A DNA stretch of 64,000 nucleotides from a virus. The DNA is taken from positions 1 to 64,000 of the IMG/VR virus record IMGVR_UViG_3300018424_007835; one strand, written 5' to 3'. The first letter of the stretch is position 1. Every line of letters begins with the position of its first letter. The position numbers were made by a program, and so were the translations under genes. The notes below the pieces were generated by a model that searched no databases, had not been told where the DNA came from, and saw only the letters and a list, made by a program, of their open reading frames with translations. Of this stretch, positions 35,173 through 44,817 are shown piece by piece.

Positions 35173-38100
35173 TATGCATGTTAAAGCTCCAGAAGTGGGT
35201 CCTAACGCTGACGCTCTCACGAGCCTCACCCGAGGACGAGGGCCTCGCCGTGGCAACCTTGAGGCGTTGTTCCGCTATTGGAGACCCATCCTCAAAAAGC
35301 CAGGTGGCTTCCGTCGTTGCGTCGTTATTTTGATGGATAACCCAAAGTTTGGTGGTAAGCCTCAGCGTATTTGTGCGTGGTTGCATCATGAGCTTACTGG
35401 CAAGTGGCCTAATGAGGGTAACCATCATGGCCGTGGCGGCCGCTCCGGTGGGGGCCGTCGCCGCCGCCGTGGTCGCCGTAAAAAGTCGTTTTCTGTCGAC
35501 ACTCTGGTGGGAAACTCCCTAAGGGAGACCGTTCGGGAGTCTAGGTCTTTGGGTGGGGTTATGTCTCAGCCTATTGATGGTCGCCAAAATGTTGTTGAGA
35601 TGAAAGCTGCCATGTTTTTGCAGCGTTATGAAAGTCATGTTTTTCCAGAAGTAGTTACAGATGTTAAGCGGGTGGGTATATTTGGTGGTTCTTCCAGACT
35701 TGCTCAGGGGGCTCAAGCTGTAGGTACCGCTATTGCCCCTGGGGATATTTCTGATGTTCGGAGTCCTGTTCGTAGCCAAATTTATGAAATGCTTACCCCC
35801 GGTTTCGGATTTAATATTCCGGGCCGCACCCCTCGCCGCCGTGGGGGTAGGGGTGCTCGTAATAAGTTTAGGTGCCCTCCTGGGTACGAGAACGGCGGAA
35901 CTTTTACTAATTCTGAGTTTAGTACTTGTGGTGCCCAAATATTAGGCATACCAAAGTTTGGGCCGGGTGCGCCGACTCTTGCTGCTGCTAGAGAGTTGGC
36001 TTCGCTTGCTAGCACTGCGGGCCTTGTTCAGGAAATTGGTGATCTTCGAAATAACTCTAATCCGCTAGATATTATTCGTGCTGCTCAGATTCCGCAGGCC
36101 CCCAAGAAGGGGTCCCCAACTCGTGCCCAGACTTCTATTGATTTTGTTCTTCAGCAATATTCTGAGTTAGATTTTCCGATTAAGGCAGTTCGTCGGGACG
36201 GTGTGATTCTAGAACCGGTTGTACCCGTTCAGCGTTTAGCGCAGATGAATGAGTTTGATGACTTAGCGGACGGTAATCTTATTGATAAGTATTCTTCAGG
36301 TGTTATTGGTGCAGAACTAGTGCCCGCTTTTAGTTCGGGGTTGAGGGCTGTGTATGTATTCATCCCTGGTGTTGGCGCTGTTAAAATTAATCGGGTAGGT
36401 GGAGAGCTGTCCCCTGAAGAGCGAGCGGGTCTACTACGAAGGTTCTCTGAAGGGATAAGCCGTGCCCCGGACATGCCTGATCCATCTGAAGATTTGAGGG
36501 CGTGGGCAGACGCTTCAAATGGCAGGTTTACAGTTGAGTTTGGCGAGGTGACCTCTAATGGGTTTAATGTTTCTGAGCCAAAGAATGAGCTTTTGCGTGT
36601 TGTGGCGGCTGGTGGGATTAAGAAGACCGTTCCACGGTGGGTGTATGAAACCTTTATGTCTCGTTCAGCCCCACGTCGTGCAAAGAATGCACCTATTTTT
36701 GAGATTGAGTCTGAAGAGAAGTCGTTAAAAGTTTTTGCGTTTGATCTTCCAACTCAGCCATTTGAGGCGGAGTTGCTAATGAGGGGCGCTCAGGCCTACA
36801 ACAAAAATATATCTACTAAGGTGGCTACGTTTAGGTCCCTTTCGTTTAAGGCTCCTTCTGCTCGTAGGATTGGCCGCACGATTGGTGAAACTGCGGGTTC
36901 GGTTGGCGGCGGCGTTTCTGCTGTTTTTGACTCTGGAGCTAATAGGTTTAGGTGCCCGCCTGGTACTCGTCATGGTGGTCGGTTTTCTGATCAGTTTGGC
37001 CGAAATTGTGGGGGTGTGGCGGGTCCTCAGGCGTTGAATCGCTTGCAACAGCTTACAAACTTTTTTCAGGAGGCGCAGTCCACTATAAATCGGTTGAACC
37101 TTTCGGGGGGTAATGGAGATCTTGATCGGGTTACGGATATACCGGAGTTGCGAGAAGCGCTAGAGGATGCTAAAGCGCAAATAGCAGAGTTTGATACTGG
37201 CGATGCTGGGATGCTTGGTCCTGGGCTTCTACAGCCAACGGAGCGTACTCCGTTGATTGGGTTGCGTTACGTTGAAATTCTTGAAAGAATGAAAGCGGAT
37301 GAGCGCCGTCGAGAGATTTTTGAAAATGTTGATTGGAACAACCTTGAAGAAGTTAGAGAATTGTTTAGTACGCTTGCAACTGTGGAGGCTGGCAGGTTAG
37401 AGGTTAATCCTCCTCAGACTCCTGGGGAGCGTAGGCGTGCGGCACTTGTTGACAATAATATTGATTTGTTTGGGGCAACTTTACAGGAGGCGGTTGGAAA
37501 AAACTTGGGAACTATTGATGCTCCTGCCCGTCCTCGCCGTGCTAGACGGGTAGAGGACCCTGATGCCGTAGATCCTTCTCCAGAGGTGCTTGAGCGGTTG
37601 CGGCAAGGTAGCGAGCTTCTACCAGGATTACGGGATCAGCTACGTCGTTATGACCAGTTCGACAATCTTCGCCCCGGCGATGAGCATCCTGACCGACCTG
37701 GGTTTTTCCTTACTGAAAATGGCGGCTTTGAAGATCGGTTTGGTAGGCCGATGCCTCTTTTGGGGGGCGGCCGTAGCGGTTCTGGGCGAACAAATGATCG
37801 GAACGCTGTAGATATTACTCCAGAGGTGCTTGAGCGGTTGCGGGAGTACGCCGATCCTGATAGTGAGCTTATGCAGCGATTCAGCGAGCAACGAAGCCGT
37901 CAAGAGATCATTGACAATCTTCGCCCCGGCGATGAGCATCCTGATTTCCCCGGCTATTATCTAGACGACAATGGTGGGTTGAGGGACCGAACTGGGAGGC
38001 CGCTACCATTGAGGGCAGGACAAGCCGACTTACCTCCACGCCGCCCCCGTGTTAATCCTAACTCTGAAGCCGGATTTGTGGAAGCTGCCCGGGCCGAGGT

Positions 38101-41100
38101 TCCTGATGGGCCAGACGCAGCGTTTGAACGTGACAAGGCTGAGTGGAAGGCACGTAAGCGGTATTGGATGCGCACTCTTGCAGAGATCGACGACTATGAT
38201 GATCGACGCTGGGTTCAGCGGTTGACAGACGAAAACTTACAGCGATACGCTGACCATTTGTCGGCGGAAGATCAGCGGGGAGACGAAATAAATAGTTTTC
38301 AGGAGAAAATGCGGGAGTTTGTTCGGGCTGAAATGGAATTTCGTGGTCTCCGACGGCCTGACGCTATTGAGCCAGGGGATCTTCCAGATGAAGCTGATGA
38401 GCAGTTTGATGTTGCCGAGTTTCAGGCAGACCTTGTTCAACGCCTTGAAGAAGGTGGGCTTGACCTGGGCAGTTTTTCGCAAGCAGAGTTGGACGACATT
38501 CTTAAAAAGCTGGACAGGGTTTTAGAGGATAATTCTGAGCCTGATGATGGAGTTGTCTGGGCGGGTATTAGAGATGCGCTCAGAGATGAGCAACGACGCC
38601 GTGATGCTCTGCGTATTGGTTCAGGCGTTGGTATTAATGAGCGATTTGATTTGAATGATCCCGATGGGGTTATTGACGCTTTAGAAGAGCTTGATGAGCG
38701 TTTGGATGTGGCGGAGGATCTCACGACCAGAAACCTTCTTGAAAGAATGTCAAACGAAGACTTAGGTTTCTACTTGCGTGCTGTTGACCGAGCAATAGAA
38801 GAGTTTGATGATATTGACTTGGCTCGTCTTAGAGATGATTTATCTCGTGAAGTCAATCGGCGCAATGGTGAAAAACCTGACACCCCTGATGTTGTGAATA
38901 AGCATTTCGATGAACTAGTCAACCGTTGGGAAGCCCTCGACGCCGGGGATATGGGGGCTCTACTATTTGCCCAGCTTTCCGATGACGACGTTGTAAAGTT
39001 CAGAAACGCCTTAGCACGATATGACGGTAATGATCCTCGGGCTGAAATGTTCCGCAGAGAGCTTGATAAAGTGTTTGAGGAGCGTTTTGGTGAAGGCGGA
39101 TCGAAACAGCATTCACATCTCCCAGGTCAAGAATTAGATGAAAAGTTTGATTTGTTTGTCTCTAAAGATATTGAAGCAGCCTTGCGGGAAATGAACGAAC
39201 GGATGTTTGCGTTCGATGATTCTGACCGTCTAGGAGTAACGCAAGAGTTCTGGGCTAGCCTATCAGATAGAGACTTAATGTTTTACGAACAGCTTATATT
39301 ACGTGCTGGTAGCGTGTTTGGTGAGGATAATTCTGAGCTGCGTTTGGTTTTGCGAGACTTCTTCACCGATATCAGGGAGGAAGTAGTTCGCAGAGGACCA
39401 AACATGGGTCGTCGCCCTGCGCCTCGTACTGACGCCCCAAGCGAAGCAGCTATTCGTAATGTGCGCAATAGGTTCCCACGTCGTGGTTTACCAGGGCGGG
39501 CTTACTGGCGGGATGAGGATTATGATAGGGGGGATGGACCTGAGCTTGATCGTCGTTTTGGTAGGTATTATGATGATGGCAGTGGGGTTCTTAATGAGCG
39601 TGGCCGTTTGGTCAATAGGGTAATTAAGGAGGATCGTGCAGAGGGTGATCTGAGGCCGGTGGATGATGACGCCCAGTTTAATCGGTTTGCTGATCCTGAG
39701 TTAGCTATACCAGCCGCCGTGGGGAACATCTTGTGGAAGCTTTCTCAGCAACTGAATGATAATCCTGAAGTGTTTGCTGCGGCGGTGTTGAACGCTTTTC
39801 AAGAGGCTGCAAATATGTTCAGAGGTGGGGTCACCGCTCGTGAGAAACTTAATCTAGACGCTTTGCGTTCCTATGTTGATAGTATTGGTGATCCGCAAGC
39901 TAAGCGGCTTGCCACTATGCGGTTAAGAAATTTCAGGGCCTTGAATGCTGCTTTGGATGCCCTTGATAGGGGTGATAACGATAGGGCACTTCGTGCTTTG
40001 GCTATGCTTAATCCTGTAGCTAGGAATAACTTGCAGCAATTGGTGGATGGTGCTCCTTCTCCTGAGGCTTTGCGATCTCCACGTCGTGTGTCGCCTGATT
40101 CGTTGGATAGGTTTACTCCTGATTTTATTGTGGACGCCGACGCTTACGATCTGAGTTTAGCTTTTGAAGAGGTCCGTGAGGCGGCTCGTAATGCACCCCC
40201 TGGCCCCCAGCGTGTTCAGGCGTTGCAGCTTTTGCGAGAGATGCGTCAAGAGTTGGCCCGCCGTCATCGTGCTGCCCGGATTATGCAGACGGATGAGGAG
40301 TATCTGGATAGGGTTATGGACCGTGCTCTTAATACGCAAATTAACAGCTTCGGTGACGCAGGGGCGTTACCTGCGGAAATGAACCGGTTGACTATTTTGG
40401 AATTGCGTGATGCCCTAGCTACCGAGCGTGGTAGGGTTGCTGACGGCACGGGTTCGATAGAGCGTGTTCAGCGCCTTGAGGCTGCGATTGCTGCTGTTAC
40501 GGACGTTTATAATGCCCAAATTGGCCGTGATGGCCGCCGCTATGAGCAGAAACTTGAAGATGCTTGGTCTGCTATTTGGGGGTCGCCTGAGGATGGTATG
40601 GTTGTGCCTCATGCTGTAGACGACGCCTCTGGGGTTGCGGAGATACTTCGCAACGACTTTGGCATTTCGTTGGAGGATTGGCCTGAGCTTCGGCGTGATT
40701 TAGCTCGCCGGATTGATGGGTTGTCGGTTGATGATTATGCCCGTTTGACGGGTGATGATAACTTGGGGCCAGAGTATTTATTGTTTAATATTGATCGTGT
40801 CTTTGAAGATGCTCGTAGGTCCGAAATTTTCGAGATGAATTTACCGCTAGCGGATCGGAGCCGTGAGGCACTGGAGGAGCGGTTGGCGTATCTTGATAAT
40901 TTCGAAATTGATGAAATTGCTAGATTGGCAAGACGCACAGAGGCACCGTCTCCTAATAGGCTCCAGCTAGATGAGCGGTTGCAGAATAATCGCAATAGAG
41001 AAATTGGTGAGCTTGAACTTGAGCTTCGCCGTCGTGGGGCTGAGCAGATGGGCAGCAATATTGAGTTTCCCGTCAACGCTGAAAATATTGGGTACGGCTG

Positions 41101-43942
41101 GATGAGCCCGGACGACTGGAACAACCTAAATGCTATGCCGACTAGAGATTTGCTTAATATGCAGCGGCGCATTTTGGCAGACAAAGAAGATACTCGGGCA
41201 TATGCCGATAAGCTTGGGGAAATTAGTGAGATTCTCGATAGACGTAACCGGTTTGGGCCGACTGAGTTGCAGCAGCCAATCCATAATCGTAGTGATGCGG
41301 CGTTGGAGAATTTGCGGAACGTTTTGTCTAGTGAATTTATTAACCGGCGTGGGATGAACCCTGGTGCAGTTTTGAGCATGCAACGTCTTCGTGATGAGGT
41401 TGATGCAGAAATTGGGCGACGTGAAGCCCGCAATCAGGTTGGCCGGGCTGTAGGTAATAATGCTGATTTAGATGGCAGGCTTGGTCAGATTGCCAGGTAC
41501 GATTGGAAAGAGGCAGCGGAGACTCGCCGGGCTAAGCGGAGGCAAAAGATTAAGGCTTTGGCCCAGCGCAGGTATGGGGATGATACGCCTTGGGACATTA
41601 CGGCCAGCGAACTGTCTTTGTTGGGTGATCGGGAAGCTGAGTCTAGAGTTCGTGCGATGTATTCTGATGGCGTTGAAATGAATGTGGGCGAGATTGAGAT
41701 TGATGGTGTAGTTTATCAGAAGATTATCCAGCCTGAAATTAATGATGTTTATATCCAGCGTGAGTCTGACACTGGCCGTATTTCGTACATTAATGCTGAG
41801 GGGGTTAATAACTTTATTTTGCGTGCTCCAGATGGCACAGAGTTTAGTGAACGAGGCTCCCCAAGTCACCTTGATGGCGGTATTGCGAGGACACTGAATT
41901 TCAAGTACAATGCCGACGGGAGGCTTTCAGCGAACAGCCACGCCTATCATAGTTATCTTGGTTTCAAAAAAACCATTGATGGGCCCAATGGGCAAAAGGT
42001 TGACTTCAGCGGCGGGGGCGCTTCTAACGAGTTTAATGACAACGCTGCCTTGTGGTATGGAGGATTGGGCATTCCTAAGTATAAGGTGTCTGCAGCGGCA
42101 GATGGGGTTGCGGTGTGGGCTCGGCATGGTTACCGTAATAGCGATTCCCGTCAAATTATTAGGCTTAACGAGAGAATGGAACTAATGCTTGAGCGGTACA
42201 ATGGCTACAAGCTGGCTAAGGGAGATGGCAGGGAGATCACCGCCGAGATGCTACAGGCGAAAGCTTTAATCAAGGACGATATCAGGGCCGCCCGCATTGA
42301 TACGATGCTTAGCGTGCATCGTGACCCCGATAGCCGTGCGGACCAGCTTCCAGCTCACCACGATTTTTTGGTGGCTCTGGATGGGCCTAATGGGGAGCGT
42401 AATGCGGTTGCGTTCCAGGCGTTCAAGGGTAGAGGGTTCAGAAGCTTTGCTATTGGAGGACCCGGACAGGATGGGGTGCCTGCAGAAGAGATAGCTGCTT
42501 TAGAAGCTGATGATCCTGACATTTTGGACAAAATGCAACAACTTGGCTATGACGACCACGGTGGTTTGTCGGGGGCACTGTTTGAGGCGGGTACTTACGA
42601 TGTTCAGGAGCTTTTCCCACGGGGATGGTTTGATGAGCCTGATCCAGCTTCTAGGCCAGAAACAATTAATCAGCGGCTGAAAACGGCTGAGCGGTGGAGT
42701 GTTAATCCTAATCGTGTTCCTTTAGATGCAAATAATGACCCGGCAGGTGCCTTGCCTTCTGTTGCGGTTGGTGCCAATGGGATTGATGATCAGGCAACTG
42801 CTGTTCAGCGGCTGCGTGATGGTGGCGACATTATGGAGATTCCTGACTTTTTCGTGGCACAGGCAATCTTTGATAATTCAGATCATCCCGGGTCAGGTCA
42901 TTGGGACCGGTCAGACGTTGTTAACGCTACGCCTCGTTATGAAGTTATTACGGGCATTCAGCGGGGGATTAACAATGCTGGTGCTGATCTGACCGATCTA
43001 CCTAGTGGTATGACTTTCTTCCGAGACTCTGAGACTGGTCAGCTGTATGGGTTCAAGTTTGCTAATGGGTATTCATTTGGTCATTATGGTGGCGCTGTTG
43101 AGGTTACTGCTCGTATGTTGCAGGAGCGGATGGGTATGCAGGCAGGTCAGATTCGTTGGGACGGCCCGATGGGTGAGGACAATAACCCGAATGTGCCTAA
43201 TCCGGGTACGACTCGTGGGTTGGTTATAGAGATGGCTCATAACTGGGTTCCTGAGGGGCGTGGTTTGGGCGATACTAATACTAATCTAAGGTTGCAGGAT
43301 GCGGACGGTTTTGGGCGCAATATAAGAGCGACTTCTGGCAATTCCAGCTATTTTGAGGGGGGAATAGTAACTGAGCCTGACGGTACTGAGGTGGCTGTGG
43401 GGCCAGTAAATTTGGAAGATATGTTCCAGATGACTTTGTTGGATATGCTGTTGGGGAACCCAGACCGGCACGAGGGAAACTTTGGGATTTATGTTGATCC
43501 TGAAACAAATGAGCAGCGTTTGGTGCCTTGGGATAATGAGGCAGGTCTGATAGGTGGTGCCAGATTCGGCCGAGGGGGCCAGGTAGAGATGGGAAGGGTT
43601 TTGCGGCAGCAGGCTATGGCAGATGGGGACCCTGCAGAGCAGATGAAGCTGCTTCAAGCTGGGGGTTATGTGAGTTCTATTCATACGGCGTTGGAGGAGC
43701 GTATTCAGAGTGATCGAGAGGGGGCTCGGGAGGCTCTTAGTGCTGTGATGGAGCGCATGGCGTTTGGTGAAGAAATCGCACGTTTGGGTGATGATATTCA
43801 AGATATGGTTTCGGATGTGGGTGACGATTTGAGTCGTGACAACCAGTGGGAATTGGCGTCTCAGTTGCTCCAGCAGCGGTATGATTGGTTGTTGGAGCAG
43901 TTTGAGTCTAATAATCTAGACTATATTTTGGATCTAATATAG
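35165..43942 (+). CDS. Giant multidomain (polyvalent) head-locus protein, about 2925 aa, with GNAT-like and C-terminal HipA/PI3K-like kinase domains
   Basis: Two FRCPPG..GG.F motifs, internal repeats, GGGAS...VSAAADGVAVWARHGY, LLDMLLGNPDRHEGNF...VPWDNE. Confidence 0.8.
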   Translation: MTDMHVKAPEVGPNADALTSLTRGRGPRRGNLEALFRYWRPILKKPGGFRRCVVILMDNPKFGGKPQRICAWLHHELTGKWPNEGNHHGRGGRSGGGRRRRRGRRKKSFSVDTLVGNSLRETVRESRSLGGVMSQPIDGRQNVVEMKAAMFLQRYESHVFPEVVTDVKRVGIFGGSSRLAQGAQAVGTAIAPGDISDVRSPVRSQIYEMLTPGFGFNIPGRTPRRRGGRGARNKFRCPPGYENGGTFTNSEFSTCGAQILGIPKFGPGAPTLAAARELASLASTAGLVQEIGDLRNNSNPLDIIRAAQIPQAPKKGSPTRAQTSIDFVLQQYSELDFPIKAVRRDGVILEPVVPVQRLAQMNEFDDLADGNLIDKYSSGVIGAELVPAFSSGLRAVYVFIPGVGAVKINRVGGELSPEERAGLLRRFSEGISRAPDMPDPSEDLRAWADASNGRFTVEFGEVTSNGFNVSEPKNELLRVVAAGGIKKTVPRWVYETFMSRSAPRRAKNAPIFEIESEEKSLKVFAFDLPTQPFEAELLMRGAQAYNKNISTKVATFRSLSFKAPSARRIGRTIGETAGSVGGGVSAVFDSGANRFRCPPGTRHGGRFSDQFGRNCGGVAGPQALNRLQQLTNFFQEAQSTINRLNLSGGNGDLDRVTDIPELREALEDAKAQIAEFDTGDAGMLGPGLLQPTERTPLIGLRYVEILERMKADERRREIFENVDWNNLEEVRELFSTLATVEAGRLEVNPPQTPGERRRAALVDNNIDLFGATLQEAVGKNLGTIDAPARPRRARRVEDPDAVDPSPEVLERLRQGSELLPGLRDQLRRYDQFDNLRPGDEHPDRPGFFLTENGGFEDRFGRPMPLLGGGRSGSGRTNDRNAVDITPEVLERLREYADPDSELMQRFSEQRSRQEIIDNLRPGDEHPDFPGYYLDDNGGLRDRTGRPLPLRAGQADLPPRRPRVNPNSEAGFVEAARAEVPDGPDAAFERDKAEWKARKRYWMRTLAEIDDYDDRRWVQRLTDENLQRYADHLSAEDQRGDEINSFQEKMREFVRAEMEFRGLRRPDAIEPGDLPDEADEQFDVAEFQADLVQRLEEGGLDLGSFSQAELDDILKKLDRVLEDNSEPDDGVVWAGIRDALRDEQRRRDALRIGSGVGINERFDLNDPDGVIDALEELDERLDVAEDLTTRNLLERMSNEDLGFYLRAVDRAIEEFDDIDLARLRDDLSREVNRRNGEKPDTPDVVNKHFDELVNRWEALDAGDMGALLFAQLSDDDVVKFRNALARYDGNDPRAEMFRRELDKVFEERFGEGGSKQHSHLPGQELDEKFDLFVSKDIEAALREMNERMFAFDDSDRLGVTQEFWASLSDRDLMFYEQLILRAGSVFGEDNSELRLVLRDFFTDIREEVVRRGPNMGRRPAPRTDAPSEAAIRNVRNRFPRRGLPGRAYWRDEDYDRGDGPELDRRFGRYYDDGSGVLNERGRLVNRVIKEDRAEGDLRPVDDDAQFNRFADPELAIPAAVGNILWKLSQQLNDNPEVFAAAVLNAFQEAANMFRGGVTAREKLNLDALRSYVDSIGDPQAKRLATMRLRNFRALNAALDALDRGDNDRALRALAMLNPVARNNLQQLVDGAPSPEALRSPRRVSPDSLDRFTPDFIVDADAYDLSLAFEEVREAARNAPPGPQRVQALQLLREMRQELARRHRAARIMQTDEEYLDRVMDRALNTQINSFGDAGALPAEMNRLTILELRDALATERGRVADGTGSIERVQRLEAAIAAVTDVYNAQIGRDGRRYEQKLEDAWSAIWGSPEDGMVVPHAVDDASGVAEILRNDFGISLEDWPELRRDLARRIDGLSVDDYARLTGDDNLGPEYLLFNIDRVFEDARRSEIFEMNLPLADRSREALEERLAYLDNFEIDEIARLARRTEAPSPNRLQLDERLQNNRNREIGELELELRRRGAEQMGSNIEFPVNAENIGYGWMSPDDWNNLNAMPTRDLLNMQRRILADKEDTRAYADKLGEISEILDRRNRFGPTELQQPIHNRSDAALENLRNVLSSEFINRRGMNPGAVLSMQRLRDEVDAEIGRREARNQVGRAVGNNADLDGRLGQIARYDWKEAAETRRAKRRQKIKALAQRRYGDDTPWDITASELSLLGDREAESRVRAMYSDGVEMNVGEIEIDGVVYQKIIQPEINDVYIQRESDTGRISYINAEGVNNFILRAPDGTEFSERGSPSHLDGGIARTLNFKYNADGRLSANSHAYHSYLGFKKTIDGPNGQKVDFSGGGASNEFNDNAALWYGGLGIPKYKVSAAADGVAVWARHGYRNSDSRQIIRLNERMELMLERYNGYKLAKGDGREITAEMLQAKALIKDDIRAARIDTMLSVHRDPDSRADQLPAHHDFLVALDGPNGERNAVAFQAFKGRGFRSFAIGGPGQDGVPAEEIAALEADDPDILDKMQQLGYDDHGGLSGALFEAGTYDVQELFPRGWFDEPDPASRPETINQRLKTAERWSVNPNRVPLDANNDPAGALPSVAVGANGIDDQATAVQRLRDGGDIMEIPDFFVAQAIFDNSDHPGSGHWDRSDVVNATPRYEVITGIQRGINNAGADLTDLPSGMTFFRDSETGQLYGFKFANGYSFGHYGGAVEVTARMLQERMGMQAGQIRWDGPMGEDNNPNVPNPGTTRGLVIEMAHNWVPEGRGLGDTNTNLRLQDADGFGRNIRATSGNSSYFEGGIVTEPDGTEVAVGPVNLEDMFQMTLLDMLLGNPDRHEGNFGIYVDPETNEQRLVPWDNEAGLIGGARFGRGGQVEMGRVLRQQAMADGDPAEQMKLLQAGGYVSSIHTALEERIQSDREGAREALSAVMERMAFGEEIARLGDDIQDMVSDVGDDLSRDNQWELASQLLQQRYDWLLEQFESNNLDYILDLI
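37578..37944 (+). repeat. Recent internal tandem duplication in the giant ORF
   Basis: 26-bp identity 37578-37603 / 37818-37843 and 32-bp identity 37661-37692 / 37913-37944. Confidence 0.9.
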
Positions 43943-43957
43943 GGGAAGGGTGCAGTC

Positions 43958-44206
43958 ATGAGGCGTTACGTGTTTTTTGATAAGTTTGATAAGACTCAGA
44001 GGGGGATTCTAACCTTAGAGGATAACGGAGATTTTTCTGCTGAGCCAGCGGATATGTTGCCGTATTTTGCTGGTATGGTGCGCTGGCTGGGCCCTGATGA
44101 TAAGCCAACTTCTATATTTGATTTTGTTAAAAGTGGGTTGTATAATATGGATGTGGTTCGTCTTGCTGATGACGGAGAAATGTATTACATTGGGGAGGGC
44201 GACTGA
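43958..44206 (+). CDS. Small hypothetical protein (immunity-like position)
   Basis: Immediately after the kinase-ended giant ORF. Confidence 0.7.
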   Translation: MRRYVFFDKFDKTQRGILTLEDNGDFSAEPADMLPYFAGMVRWLGPDDKPTSIFDFVKSGLYNMDVVRLADDGEMYYIGEGD

Positions 44207-44817
44207 TGTACAAGTATTATGCGCTTGCTGATGGAAACATGATAGTCGCTCGGGTTAGCGATTCGGGGGACTCCGCAGTTTTTTTCGCTAAGCGGGGTTG
44301 GCAGGACGATGTGGATGCCTTTGAGGAAACCGTAGAAGTACGGAAAGCCCGTCAAGAATCGGCTCCGTATGACGAGGCTGTTCTTAAGAATGCCTTTTCT
44401 GATTTGGTTGAGATTAGTTCAGCCCTATTTGATAGTGCCGTAGGACAAATCAACACTTTCAATCAAGAGTACGATAACAATCAAGCACAGCTTGAGGGTA
44501 TGACTGATCATGATATGGGGTTTTTTATTACTGAGTTTCCTGCACGCCGCCCACGTTTAGCTTCCTATGAGGATATTAACAAGCTGTGGACTGCTATGTT
44601 TGTGGTTTCTACGGGAGGGGGCGATGATGAAGGTGTTCGCACACCTGAGCAAACTCGTGCCGATCTAAAGGCGTTGTATTCTTTGTTGAAGAACGCTGAG
44701 AACACAAACGACGGTTCCACTATTCGTAATTTGGTTCGTTCTTTGGGTGATTTTGATACAGGTATTGTACCGGACCGTGGTTTGGTTGAGCCTGTTCAAA
44801 GGAGGGGTAATGGCTAA
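44206..44817 (+). CDS. Acidic hypothetical protein
   Basis: TGATG-coupled, GGAGG RBS. Confidence 0.75.
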   Translation: MYKYYALADGNMIVARVSDSGDSAVFFAKRGWQDDVDAFEETVEVRKARQESAPYDEAVLKNAFSDLVEISSALFDSAVGQINTFNQEYDNNQAQLEGMTDHDMGFFITEFPARRPRLASYEDINKLWTAMFVVSTGGGDDEGVRTPEQTRADLKALYSLLKNAENTNDGSTIRNLVRSLGDFDTGIVPDRGLVEPVQRRGNG

